Shown piece by piece: positions 26,228 through 38,229 of a DNA stretch of 64,000 bases. The DNA is from Mobula hypostoma (Eukaryota): assembly GCF_963921235.1 (NCBI RefSeq), contig NC_086108.1, forward strand, positions 50,346,001 through 50,410,000, given 5' to 3'. The number at the start of each line of letters is the position of its first letter. Within the stretch, counting starts at the first letter, position 1. The notes under the pieces were generated by a model. The model was not told the DNA's origin, made no database searches, and was given only the letters and a program-made list of their open reading frames with translations. The translations under genes and the position numbers were made by a program.

Positions 26228-27383
26228 AACTGAAGGAAGAGTTAGTGAGAGATTTGAAAGTGGGAGGGGGAGGGGGAGATCCAAAATGATAGGAGAAGAC
26301 AGGAGGGGGAGGGATGGAGCCAAGAGCTGGACATTTGATTGGCAAAAGGGATATGAGAGGATCATGGGACAGGAGGCCTAGGGAGAAAGAAAGGAGGAGA
26401 GGGGAAGCCCAGAGGATGGGCAAGGGGTATAGTGAGAGGGACAGAGGGAGAAAAAGGAGAGAGAGAAAAAGAATGTGTGTATATAAATAAATAAATAACA
26501 GATGGGGTACGAGGGGGAGGTGGGGCATTAGCGGAAGTTTGAGAAGTCAATGTTCATGCCATCAGCTTGGAGGCTATCCAGACGGAATATAAGGTGTTGT
26601 TCCTCCAACCTGAGTGTGGCTTCATCTTTACAGTAGAGGAGGCCGTGGATAGACATATCAGAATGGGAATGGGACGTGGAATTAAAATGTGTGGCCACTG
26701 GGAGATACTGCTTTCTCTGGCGGGCAGAGCGTAGGTGTTCAGCGAAACGATCTCCCAGTCTGCGTCGGAAAGCAGTGGGGGGGGGGATCTCCCGCATTTC
26801 ACGCACATCTGCTCTCACTCCATCCTCCTGCCACCCCACTAGGAATAGGTCTCCCCTTGTCCTCACCTACCACCCCACCAGCCTCTGGGTCCAACATATT
26901 ATTCTCCATAACTTCCGCCACTTCCAACGGGATCCCACCACTAAGCACATCTTTCCCTCCCCCATCTCTCTGCTTTCTGCAGGGATCGCTCCCTACGCGA
27001 CTCCCTTGTCCATTCATCCCCCCCATCCATCCCCACCGACCTCCCTCCTGGCACTTATCCGTGTAAGCAGAACAAGTGCTACACATGCCCTTACACTTCC
27101 TCCCTCACCACCATTCAGGGCCCCAGACAGTCCTTCCAGGTGAGGCGACACTTCACCTGTGAGTCGACTGGGGTGATATACTGCGTCCGGTGCTCCCGAT
27201 GTGGCTTTTTATATATTGGTGAGACCCGATGCAGACTGGGAGATCGTACACACATATACACATGATCCTCTCATATCCCTTTTGCTCTGGGCTCCATCCC
27301 TCCCCCTCCTGTCTTCTCCTGTCATTTTGGATCTCCCCCTCCCCCTCCCACTTTCAAATCTCTTACTAGCTCTTCTTTCAGTT

Positions 27384-27419
27384 AGTCCTGACGAAGGGTC
27401 TCGGCCTGAAACGTCGACT
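27384..27419 (+). ncRNA. Minimal type I hammerhead ribozyme motif
   Basis: AGTC-CTGACGA-A-GGGTCTCGGCCT-GAAA-CGTC-GACT; predicted cut between 27415 and 27416. Confidence 0.8.
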
Positions 27420-28519
27420 GTACCTCTTCCTAGAGATGCTGCCTGGCCTGCTGCGTTCACCAGCAACTTTTATGTGCGTTGCAATTAACAGTCGGGACCG
27501 TGCACAATCAAAGGCAATTAGGAAAAAATGAGGAATTAACGGTCGGGACCGTGACAATCGGTCACAGACTAGAAGGGTCAAGATGGCCTGTTTCCGTGCT
27601 GTAATTGTTATATGGTTATAATCAGTGATTCATAGAATACAGGAGAATATTTACCTAATGTACCCATCCTTATTAAATATTGGTTACTCTCATTCCCAGC
27701 TCTCAATCCATAGTTTTGTGGTTAAAATATACCTGCTCATCTTGGCATATTTTAAATATTATGAAGCTTTCTGTTTCTTTTGAAGCAGTGAGTTACAGGC
27801 TTATACTACTCTTTGGGTGAAGCTATTTTTCCTCAATCTCTTTTAAATAATTTATTAATAACCAGTACAGATATTCTTTCTTCTTAATATGTAATTGTTC
27901 AGACTATTCTCTCTTCTGTGAAGATAGATAAAAAGATTTATGTAACTCTTCTTTTCCTTGCTCAGACAAATGTTTTGGTCTCTATTAGATCATTTTCCGT
28001 CTTTTGTTATCCTTCCACTTATATTTACAAAATTTTAGGGCTTTCCCTGATTTTAAAGATAATTGTATCATTGAAATAGAAATCCCCTCAATTCCCTTTC
28101 CTTCCTTTGAATCTTCACAGAACATGATTTCAATTGCAATTTTGTTCTATCATTTTTACTTCCTGTCTTTCTGTCCTTTGTGAATACAAACAGTTGCCAG
28201 GTATCTTGCTTTATTTTCCATTCTTCATTTATAAGTTTGGAAATTGACTGCCTGCAGGCTATTCTACTGTGGGAGATACAGCAACACCCAATCTTCCGTG
28301 TCCACTACACATGGCAGCCACTTCTTCGCAGGGGGAATTGGGTAATTATCACTAGTTGACATGATATATTATATATATCCCCCCTTAAGCTCTAATTCTA
28401 CCTGCAAGAATTAGTCAAATCAGTATGGAAAGTATCTTATATCTGGGACTCCAAGTCATATATTGCACAGTGGTATAACAATGCCAACCTTTCCACAAAT
28501 ATTGCCCAGTTTGGAGCTC

Positions 28520-28986
28520 TGTGGGAGGGGTGTTGCTGAAGGGAACACCAACAGAATCAACAAACTCATTCGTAAGGTCAGTGATGCTGTGGGGATGGAA
28601 CTGGGCTCTCTGACGGTGGTGTCTGAAAAGAGGATGCTGTCGAAGTTGCATGCCATCTTGGACAATGTCTCCCATCCACTACATAATGGACTGGTTGGGC
28701 ACAGGAGTACATTCAGCCAGAGACTCATTCCACCGAGATACAACACTGAGCATCATAGGAAGTCATTCCTGCCCGTGGCCATCAAACTTTACAACTCCTC
28801 CCCTGGAGGGTCAGACACCCTGAGCCAATAGGCTGGTCCTGGACTTATTTCCTGGCATAATTTACATATTACTATTTAATTATTTATGGTTTTATATTGC
28901 TATATTTATACTCTATTCTTGGTGCAACTGTAACGAAAACCAATTTCCCTCAGGATGAATAAAGTATGACAATGACTATGACTATA
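28520..28986 (+). mobile_element. Rex1/Babar-like LINE 3' end
   Basis: NRINKLIRK...HPLH...TEHHRKSFLPVAIKLYN; aataaagtatgacaatgactatgactata tail. Confidence 0.8.
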
Positions 28987-29033
28987 ACTGGAGAAGACAA
29001 CAGTTATTTGTGACTATGGAGTGGGAATATTTA

Positions 29034-29073
29034 TCTCTCTCTCTCTCTCTCACACACACACAGACACACACAC
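29034..29073. repeat. (CT)n(CA)n compound microsatellite
   Basis: Direct reading. Confidence 0.9.
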
Positions 29074-29598
29074 GTATAAGTTTATATTACTTTGGTTATT
29101 GAATTTTATGAAGATACCAGATCATTTCCTACTTTGGTGAAATGGATACTTAGCTTAATGAGGAAGCAATCCCTTGTAAAAGAGAGAGTGTACTCTGGAC
29201 TAACCAATGAATGTCAAGGCTGATGCAGAAGCTGCAGAGTTTGAAAGAGATCAAGTGCATCAGTGATGTCACTGCAACTATGAATGTTCTTTGACTGAAT
29301 TAAAGAATATTTGCTTCCATTCCTGTTTTCTAGATCCTGAGGAGACTGATGAAGCTAATGTAGGAATCACACACAGACTCTTCCACAAATGGGACAGCTG
29401 GTACCTGAAGGGGTGGGTAGGTAGGTAGTTGATGTGGTGGTGAGTTCTTTCTGCCATTTCCACTGTGCCTTGGTATGCTCCAAATTCATGAATTCTAGGT
29501 TCTCTTTGACTTCCGGACCTCAAATCGACATTGAATTTTGGTATTGACGCTCTGGCTGGGTGATGATGGGATCCTGAATTCCAGGCTCAAACTCTGAG

Positions 29599-32500
29599 TG
29601 AGACACCTTCAATTACTCCAAATGACCGAGGTTTGGTAAAATACTGAAAGGCTTTTAGTCGCTGTACAATACGACCTCCACAGTGAGTGTCTGCCCCCGA
29701 ACTGAGGGGGAGGGGCAAGGCGAACACCTTTATACAGGACTCTGTGGGAGGAGCCACAGGGGCAGTCAGCAGAGGGGTGTGTCCAGACAGATAACCGAGT
29801 TGCAACATATATACATGGTTTACCACATTCACCCCTCCTTTTTTTAAAAAGAGTCCCGCAGGGTGAAGTGACTGACAATATTTACAAGAAGTATATTTAC
29901 AGGTTAAGTCTATCAGGCGGTCGAGTCCATCGCTGTGATCTACGTAGCACCGGCGATGGCGGTTGTGCTGGCTCCGGCCTGACTTCAGGTGCCAGCACGT
30001 TAGGCGTCGGTAATCCCTCGTACGTGTGCGTTGCGCCCGGTATGGGAGTGTCGTGTGGTGTCTGTATAGGGTTTGGGGTGCACGGTGTCTCATAGGTACA
30101 TACATTGGTGGGTACGGGGTCAATAGTCACCACGGAGTGTTCAGGGTAGGGGCCCGGAGCTCCTCTGGGCGCCAGGTCGCGGATGGAGACCGTGTCCTCC
30201 CGCCCATCAGGTAAAACCACGTAGGCATACTGGGGGATCACATGAAGTAAGTGAACCCTCTCGACCATCGGGGACTAGTTATTGCTCCTCGCATGTTTCC
30301 GAAGCAGCACTGGCCCTGGGGATGTCAGCCAAGTTGGTAGGGTGGTTCCAGTGGTCGATTTTCTGGGAAAAGAAAAGAGTCGCTCATGAGGGGTGGCATT
30401 GGTGGCTGTGCATAACAGGGAGCGGATGGAGTGGAGTGCCTCGGGAAGGAACTCCTGCCAGCGGGAGACCGGCATTCCCTTTGACCTGAGGGCTAAGAGT
30501 GTGGCTTTCCACACCGTGCCATTCTCCTTCTCCACCTGTCCATTCCCCCGGGGATTATAGCTCGTGGTCCTACTGGTTGCAATACCCCTAGCCAGCAGGT
30601 ATTGGCACAGCTCGTCACTCATAAACGAGGACCCTCTGTCACTGTGGATATAGCATGGGTATCCGAACAGAGTGAAGAGCTTGCGCAGGGCTTTTATAAC
30701 TGACGTGGTAGTGGTGTCGGGGCAGGGGATGGCGAAGGGGAACCGCGAGTACTCGTCAATTACGTTAAGAAAGTACACATTGCGGTCGGTGGAGGGAAGG
30801 GGGCCCTTAAAGTCAACACTCAGTCGCTCAAAGGGGCGGGTGGCCTTGATGAGTGGTGCCTTTTCGGGTCGGTAGAAGTGCGGTTTGCACTCTGTGCAGA
30901 CTTGGCAGTCCCTGGTCATCATCCTGATCTCCTCAAGCGAGTAAGGCAGGTTCCGGGCTTTCACGAAGTGGAAAAGCCGGGTGACTCCTGGGTGGCAAAG
31001 GTCTACATGTAGGGCGTACAGCCGGGCGATCTGCGCGCTGGCACATGTTCCCCGGGATAGGGCGTCGGAGGGCTCGTTGAGCTTCCCAGGCCTGTACATG
31101 ATGTCATAGTTGTAGGTGGAGAGTTCGATTCTCCACCTCAGAATTTTATCATTTTTGATTTTGCCCCGCTGTTGGTCGCTGGTCAGTTAGCAGGGTGAAA
31201 CTTTTGCCGGCAAGATAGTGCCTCCAGTGCCTAATAGCTTCCACTATGGCCTGGGCCTCTTTCTCTACCGCAGAGTGCCGAACTTCAGGGTCTTGAAGGG
31301 TACGGGAGAAGAACGCCACTGGTCTTCCTGCCTGGTTGAGGGTAGCAGCCAGTGCAATGTCGGAGGCGTCACTCTCTACTTGGAAGGGAATGGCCTCATC
31401 CACTGCATGCATTGCTGCTTTGGCAATGTCCCCTTTTATGCGGTTGAAGGCCGCATGGGCCTCGGCTGAGAGGGGGAATATGGTGGACTTGACCAGGGGG
31501 CAGGCCTTGTCTGCGTAGTTAGAGACCCATTGGGCATAATATGAAAAGAAGCCCAGGCACCTTTTGAGGGCTCTGAGGGTATTGGGAAGAGGGAGTTCCA
31601 ACAGGGGGCGCATACGGTTGGGGTCAGGGCCAATGACTCCATTCTCCACGACACACCCAAGGATAGCAAGTTGGGTGGTCCCAAATACACACTTGTCCTT
31701 GTTATAGGTGAGGTTGAAAGATTTGGCCGCTTGGAGAAATTTTTGGAGGTTGTTGTCGTGATCCTGCCGGTCGTGGCTGCAGATGGTGATGTTATCCAGA
31801 TATGGGAACGTGGCCTTCAGTTGGCACTGGTTCACCATCCGGTCCATCGCCCTCTGGAAGACAGATACACCATTCGTGACGCTGAAGGGGATGTGCAGGA
31901 AGTGATAAAGCCTGCCGTCCGCCTCGAAGGCAGTGTAAGGGCGGTCCTCCCGGCAGATGGGGAGCTGATGGTAAGCGGATTTTAGGTCTATGGTCGAGTA
32001 CACCTTGTACTGTGCTATCTGATTGACCATATCCGCGATGCGGGGTAGAGGGTACGCGTCGAGCTGCGTGAACCTATTGATGGTCTGGCTATAGTCCACG
32101 ACCATCCTATTCTTCTCCCCGTTCCGAACAACGATCACCTGCGCCCTCCAAGGACTTGTGCTTGCCTCAATGACCCCCTCCCTGAGCAGCCGCTGCACCT
32201 CCGATTTAATGAAGGCTCTGTCCCCCACGCTATACCTCCTGCTTTTAGTTGCCACGGGTTTACAGTTGGAGTCAGGTTGGCAAACAGCGGTGGGGGCGGG
32301 ATCCTGAGGGTGGAGAGGCCGCAAGTTGCGTTGGTAGTGCGGCAGTTGGCATGATGTTGGGTGGGATGCGCGGGTCGGTGTGTGTGTGTGTGTGGTCAGT
32401 AGCGGGGTATGTGACATATCTCTACAAAACTGGGGATTTACAACAGTGATTGGTGGGAGAGGCCCATCATACTTCATTGTCACACTTTTCAGGTGGCTCT

Positions 32501-34039
32501 GGAAGTCGAGCCCCAATAGCACAGGGGCACACTGTTGAGGTATGACCAGTAATGTAAAGTCTCGATATCCTGTGCCCTGCAGCACTAGCGTCGCTACACA
32601 ACCCCCCCGGATGTCTGTTGTATGCGACCCGGAGGCCATGGTGACCCTCTGACTTACCGGCCGTATCACGAGTCCACAATGCTGCACCGTGTCCGGGTGG
32701 ATAAAACTCTCCGTGCTGCCTGTGTCAAACAGGCAGCTTGTCCTGTGCCCCTCCACCAGGATGTCCATCATTGACCTTGCGAGCTTTGGTCGAGGGTCAC
32801 GGAAGCCAGGGTGGGGTCGCTGTCTTGGTCCGGCGCGGTAGGGTGGCCGGTGAGCACCCGTTGGTCGTAGGCGGTGGGAGGTGGCGCCGACCAAGATGGC
32901 CATCCCTATGTCTCGCACGTGGTGGCGGCGTGCAGGAAAGATGGCGGCATGGATGATGGCGGCCCCCATGTCTCGCACGTGGTGGCAGTGTGCAGGGAAG
33001 ATGTCAACCCTCACGTCTCGCACGCGGCGCTGCTCGATCCCGCTCGCGGTTTTGACTTACAGGCCTTGGCGAAGTGGCCCTTCTTTCCGCAACTGGAACA
33101 GGTATCTTGTCGGGCCGCGCAGCATTTCTGGGGATGCTTCTCCAGTCCGCAGAAGTAGCACTTCGTGGACTCATGACTGACTGCAGCCGAGGTCGATTCG
33201 CCGGTGGGTTGCGGGGTCTGCGGCGCCCACAAGGCCATCGGGGGATCGCATGCCTGGAGAGCCTCGGAGTTATGCAGAGCGGCCTCCAACGTATCAGCCA
33301 GCTCCATTGCCGAACTTAGGGTAAGATCGGCTTTTTCCAGCAGCCGCTGGCGCACGTACACTGACCTGGTCCCCGTGACGAAGGCGTCTCTCACTAGGAG
33401 TTCTGCATGCTGCGCCGCCGTCAGCTCCTGGCAATTGCAGGCCCGCACGAGTGTCTGTAGGGCCCTGACAAACTCAGCACTCGATTCCCTGGACCGTTGT
33501 TGTCATGTCGCTAAGCGATGCTGAGCATAGACGCTGTTTATCAGCTGCATGTATTGTCTTTTGAGTGCGTTCATTGCGCCGTCATAGTTCGGCTGGTCTC
33601 TGATCAGCGAACAAACCCGTGGACTGACCCTGGAGAGTAGAACTCTGCGCTTCGCTACGGGGTCGGTCGCTTTAATCTCCTCTAGATACGCTTGGAATCA
33701 GGCCAGCCAGAGTTCGAAAGCGTTTCCAGCGTCAGGCATTTGCGGATCAATATCTAATTTGTCTGGTCTCAGAGCCTGTTCCATGTTTTAAAATGTACAG
33801 CGAATAAACTTGAAGCACCTTCAATTACTCCAAAAGACTGAGGTTTGGTAAAATACTGAAAGGCTTTTATTCGCTGTACAATACGACCTCCACAGTGAGT
33901 GTCTGCCCCCAGACTGAGGGGGAGGGGCAAGGCGAACACCTTTATACAGGACTCTGTGGGAGGAGCCACAGGGGCAGTCAGCAGAGGTGTATGTCCAGAC
34001 AGGTAACCGAGTTACAACATATCTACATGGTTTACCACA
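29599..34039 (-). mobile_element. Full-length Gypsy (Ty3) LTR retrotransposon, 4441 bp, inactivated
   Basis: 229-bp LTRs at 29599-29827 and 33811-34039; 5-bp TSD ctgag on both sides; PPT aaaaaaaggaggggtgaa; gag ATG at 33784, CSSCGKKGHFAKAC knuckle; protease LFDTGS; RT YPLP / YLDN; RNase H ESDAS; integrase HVDLCH-CQVC, DFKGP, HSDRG. Confidence 0.97.
29897..33784 (-). pseudogene. Gypsy gag-pol coding region with stops and frameshifts
   Basis: ORF pieces 33011-33448, 31149-33023, 30275-31099 and 29897-30268 in PR-RT-RH-IN order; catalytic YLDD reads YLDN. Confidence 0.92.
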
Positions 34040-36319
34040 CTGAGCTCGCCGACTGACCAGCTTTGTGCCTCCTCATATGTCCTGCTGCATGGACATCCAG
34101 CCCCAGGACCCACTGACCTGAGACACTCCAACATCTATGGATATCCATTGTCACCCGTCCACATCACTGCTCTTCAAGCATGGAGCGGAGGCCTAGACTT
34201 CAGAAGTCCTTTGTTCCCTTGTCCACATGCTGAACTTTGAGCCCAGAGTGGTGAATGGATTCCAGATATGCTTCGTCATGCATCCACATCTCTGGACTTC
34301 GAACATGGAGCATGGAGCAGAAGTCTGACCTCTAACTCCTCCACATCTCTCTAAACGCTAACCTGGTCCCTAACAACCCCCTCTGCCTCCAAAATCATCC
34401 CTATGAACTTTAAAAACAACTATGTCAGAGCCACGATCTCAACTGAGACCCCAGCTTGGCTAATAGATACTATAACTACTGTAAGTACCCATGTAGTCAT
34501 TAACTTCCTAAGTTAGCAGCATCTCAGATGGATTTGAGACAAATTAAAACTGAATTTCTATTATTATGCTTGGAAAAGATGCTCATTTCTTGCACATATC
34601 CAAATTCCTGTACAATGCCATTTGGTAAAGAACCGATAGTTTTCAGCAGATTTTAACTTTGCTCACATTTGCAAACAACTTTGATTGGTTGACTTGATGA
34701 ACACCAGGTTGGGCAGTGCTTCTGGAATACAGCCAATGTCAGATCATTTTCATTTGAAATCTGTCACCTTTACGTAGAGTTGTAAATTAAAGAGTTGTGC
34801 ATACAGGTTGCAATCTCTCATGAATTCATTTATCAATTACATGATGAATTTATAATTTATCAGATCATTAAGTTTTTAATCTCTCTGAAAATAACTTCAT
34901 TTCATTTTTGGCTGAAACTGACCTTGGTCACTCTAGATGCGTGAATTCATAAAGAATGGGCATTATCAGCTTTGTCCAGTGCAGGGCACTATCCGCTTTG
35001 TCCAGTGCAGGGCACCTGACATTGCAGGGCAATTGATTTCCAAACATTGGTTTAAATTTTGCATTTTCAGTCAAGCCACCTCTTCAATGGACTCAGTTGC
35101 AAGATAAAAATTGAAGGGTAATCCAGCCACTTATGGAGTAGTTTAGAAGTTACTATTTGTGGTATAATATAATTATTTTTCCACAATGATTTGTTCAGCT
35201 ATATTTCTAATATATAGTTATTCTATTGTCTGTTGCATAGCCCTGTGAAGTGGTTGCAAGTCAGAATCACAGAACGATACCCGCGGGATTTGACCAAGTT
35301 GGGATTCGTTTTTCCACTGAACTCCTGTCGTACCATGCATTGAAATATCCTTTCACTGTGAGTTGTAAACATACCCATCAAGAAAACTACCTTGAACACA
35401 GTTTCTAAATGCCTTCCATTCCCCTTTAACACTCTTACTTCAGTAACCAATTCAGGATAACTAAAATTATCTTGTGTCTTTGAGCTTTGCTTGGAAATGT
35501 TCTTCTTCCCCTCCCATTTCCTTCCTGCTTTTTAATAAATGATATTTCTGGGCAAGGAACCAAGAAACAGAATTTATCACTTCTTTTGGTTTGCCTCGCT
35601 AATGCTTGACACAGGGCTGGACAAAGATGCCTCGCTATTAAAGGAACACAATCTTTGAGTGTCAGTGGCCCTTCTGGTTTATTATCACAATTACATTTAC
35701 AATGCTAATAAACAATAAATGTTAACATCAACTTCATAAGGTTCAATGCAATATTTTAATGTTGGATTCTAAAGTTCTTGTTACTTATTAGCCAGTTTTT
35801 AAAATCACTTATGTTGTTTTCTTCTTAGGCAATCCCTTGGGACAGAGGATTACCTGGTTCTCTGTTGGTTTTGTGGGTTCTGATAGAACTGAGGAGTCAA
35901 TGTTGGAAGGACAGACTCCTCCACTGACAGGGCAGGAGGTGCCTATTCACTAATGTATCATGTGAAGGGACACTACCAGATATACCATAGAGATGATGCC
36001 TCTCTATCAGGGCTCCGTTTAAAACTGTTCTATGAGCTATGGTCACTTGGTGCAGCACACTGTTCTTACTTTCAAGTACAAGAGAATAGCTGGCACAAAA
36101 TGGAATCATGTTATTGAAACATTATTTATCTGTAACAGCTGATTCATGTAAAACCTGTTAATCTCTGAAGATTAGTTATCAGAATGCTTCACAGACACAT
36201 CTGATTATCTGTGTCTGTCCCACCTAAAGTGCTTTTCACATAATTTGAAAACTTGTTTGTTAGTCTCGAGGTTTAATCAGTAACACTTCATCAGCACCAT
36301 GCACTGGTGCATAAGAACA

Positions 36320-36698
36320 ACATAGAACATGGAACATAGAACATCGAACATAGAAATTTACAGCACATTACAGGCCTTTCAGCCACGATGTTGTTCCCAC
36401 CATGTAACCTACTCTAGAGACTGCCTAGAATTTCCCTAGCACGTAACCCTCTATTTTTCTAAGCTCCATGTACTTATCTAAGAGGTTCTTAAAAGACCAA
36501 ATTGTATCCGGTTCCACCACCGCCGCTGGCAGTGCATTCCATGCACCTACCACTCTCTGTGTGAAAAACTTATCCCTGACATCCCCTCGGTACCTATTTC
36601 CAAGCACCTTAAAACGATGCCCCTCATGTTAGCCATTTCAGCCCTGGGCAAAAGCCTCTGGCTATCCACACGATAAATGCTCCTCATCATCTTATACA
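36320..36698 (-). mobile_element. CR1 3' end
   Basis: FFTQRVVGAWNALP; (acataga)n tail on the plus strand. Confidence 0.9.
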
Positions 36699-36890
36699 TA
36701 GCAAAAAATTCGGCAGATTTAAATACTGCACATCAATACTGAAAATCCAAGACAAAAAAAGTGCTGGTAACAAACTGATCTTTATCCCAGAGATTAGTTT
36801 GCTGCACTCCCACTAATCCTTCAAGCTAGGAGTCCAGTTATACACACAATAGTCCCATCAAGTGCAACATGATTGGAGTAAGACATCTGT

Positions 36891-36997
36891 AGCATGAGAA
36901 CATCTGCAGATGCTGGAAATCTGAGCAACACACACAAAATGCTGCAGGAACTCAGCAGGCCTGGCCGCATCTATGGAAAAGGGTAAACTGTCAGGAC
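36891..36997 (-). mobile_element. Penelope pLTR terminus lacking the hammerhead core
   Basis: ctgcagatgctggaaatctgagcaacacacacaaaatgctgcaggaactcagcagg matches the other pLTR ends. Confidence 0.8.
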
Positions 36998-36999
36998 AT

Positions 37000-37720
37000 T
37001 CTTTGTTTGTTTTCGTCAAACCTCCATATACACCAAAATATATTTTCTCTACTAACCTGCCTGCCAAACCTGCAAATTAGATTTTGATAACTGATGTCCC
37101 CCTGAACTTTAAGATTTCCCAATCTCTCATCAGTTGAAAAAGTGTTTGTCTTTTTACCTCCCAATATAGATAACAACACATTTTCCAACATTGTATTCCA
37201 CCCACATGTCCCCATCCATTCAGCATGTCTACATCTTCTTGAAGCCTCTTAATATGTATTCACGTTCCTACTCAGTTTTGAAATGGCAGCAAATTTGGAT
37301 TTGCTAAATGTTGTCTCCCCTCAGACTGATTGCCAGTGTAGGTTGTGAATGGTTGGGTCTAACCATCTTTACCCATTTCATCCCACTAATCATGGATCAC
37401 TGACCTATTCACCCCTGCTGTCCATTAACCAACTCTCAATTCATGCTTGTATTTTATCTTCAGTTTCAAGGTGCTCTAATCATTTAACTAATCTCCTTTG
37501 AAGGGTCTTATTGGAAGAAGTCTGAAAATCTCAATACACTGGTACATCTACTGGATACTCCTCATCTATTTCAATTAACTGGTCAAACAAAATTCTCTTT
37601 TTTAAAATCCATGTTGACTCCACTAAATCATATTATTATTTACAAATTGTCTTTTAATTATAGATTCCAGTGTTTTCCCAATTCATGATGGTAGGCTAAC
37701 AGGCTGGCATTTTCCTGTCT
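37000..37720 (-). mobile_element. Very old CR1 ORF2 remnant
   Basis: Degenerate W.M...GKC.V.., SKFA.. and CQPVS motifs. Confidence 0.5.
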
Positions 37721-38147
37721 CCCTCCTTCCTAGAGCACCTGTTATCAACATTTCAAAACTATGTGATATGTATCATTTGATCTTTGAATCATCAATTTTT
37801 GGGCTTATTATCTTCTCAGGGAGAGTTTCTGTGCTTCTTACTTGCTGTTACTTGTTCTCGATTAATTCTGCTGGATTTTGTGTGCCTGTCTTCATAGAAG
37901 AAGGCTTACATCATACTTGCTTACATCATCTGCCATTTCCATTTTCACCGTAATAAACACTTGCGTCATTGTAATGTGTCTACTCTTGCTCTTGTAGAAT
38001 TTCCTTTCCACAGACCTATAGAGACTCTTACAATCTACACATACCTGGACACAGCTAAATGCAATCCCAGCAAAAAGAAAATAGAGAGCAATTACAAGTG
38101 GACTCTCAGTTAAGCTGCTTCTGATTTACCATCTTGTTTCATAACTC

Positions 38148-38195
38148 TGTGTGTGTGCATGTGTGCGTGTGTGTGTGTCTGTGTGTCTGTGTGCT

Positions 38196-38229
<34 letters not shown>
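38148..38229. repeat. Imperfect (GT)n microsatellite
   Basis: Direct reading. Confidence 0.95.

Larger units (their letters stand above)
26096..27482. mobile_element. Penelope-like insertion with inverted ends (minus arm 26096-~26768, plus arm ~26788-27482)
   Basis: Two opposite pLTRs; GIY-YIG coding pieces; 15-bp TSD aattaa(t/c)agtcggga at 26081-26095 and 27483-27497. Confidence 0.9.
25505..27556. mobile_element. Probable solo LTR with a triplicated ~52-bp terminus, interrupted by a Penelope insertion
   Basis: TGTT...GTGACA; flanks atcag / atcgg; three caatcaaagg...ggaattaacggtc.ggaccgtgaca units. Confidence 0.55.

Noticed and set aside
26001..27556. Spaced ~52-bp repeats as a CRISPR-like array
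   Set aside because: Units are contiguous tandem copies without unique spacers; the gap is a Penelope insertion; eukaryotic context and no cas genes.
31149..33023. 624-aa ORF as a domesticated or active gene
   Set aside because: It lies inside an LTR-bounded provirus, is broken by frameshifts on both sides, and the RT catalytic motif is mutated to YLDN.
34969..35016. Short direct duplication gctttgtccagtgcagggcac
   Set aside because: Two copies only; an ordinary slippage or repair duplication.
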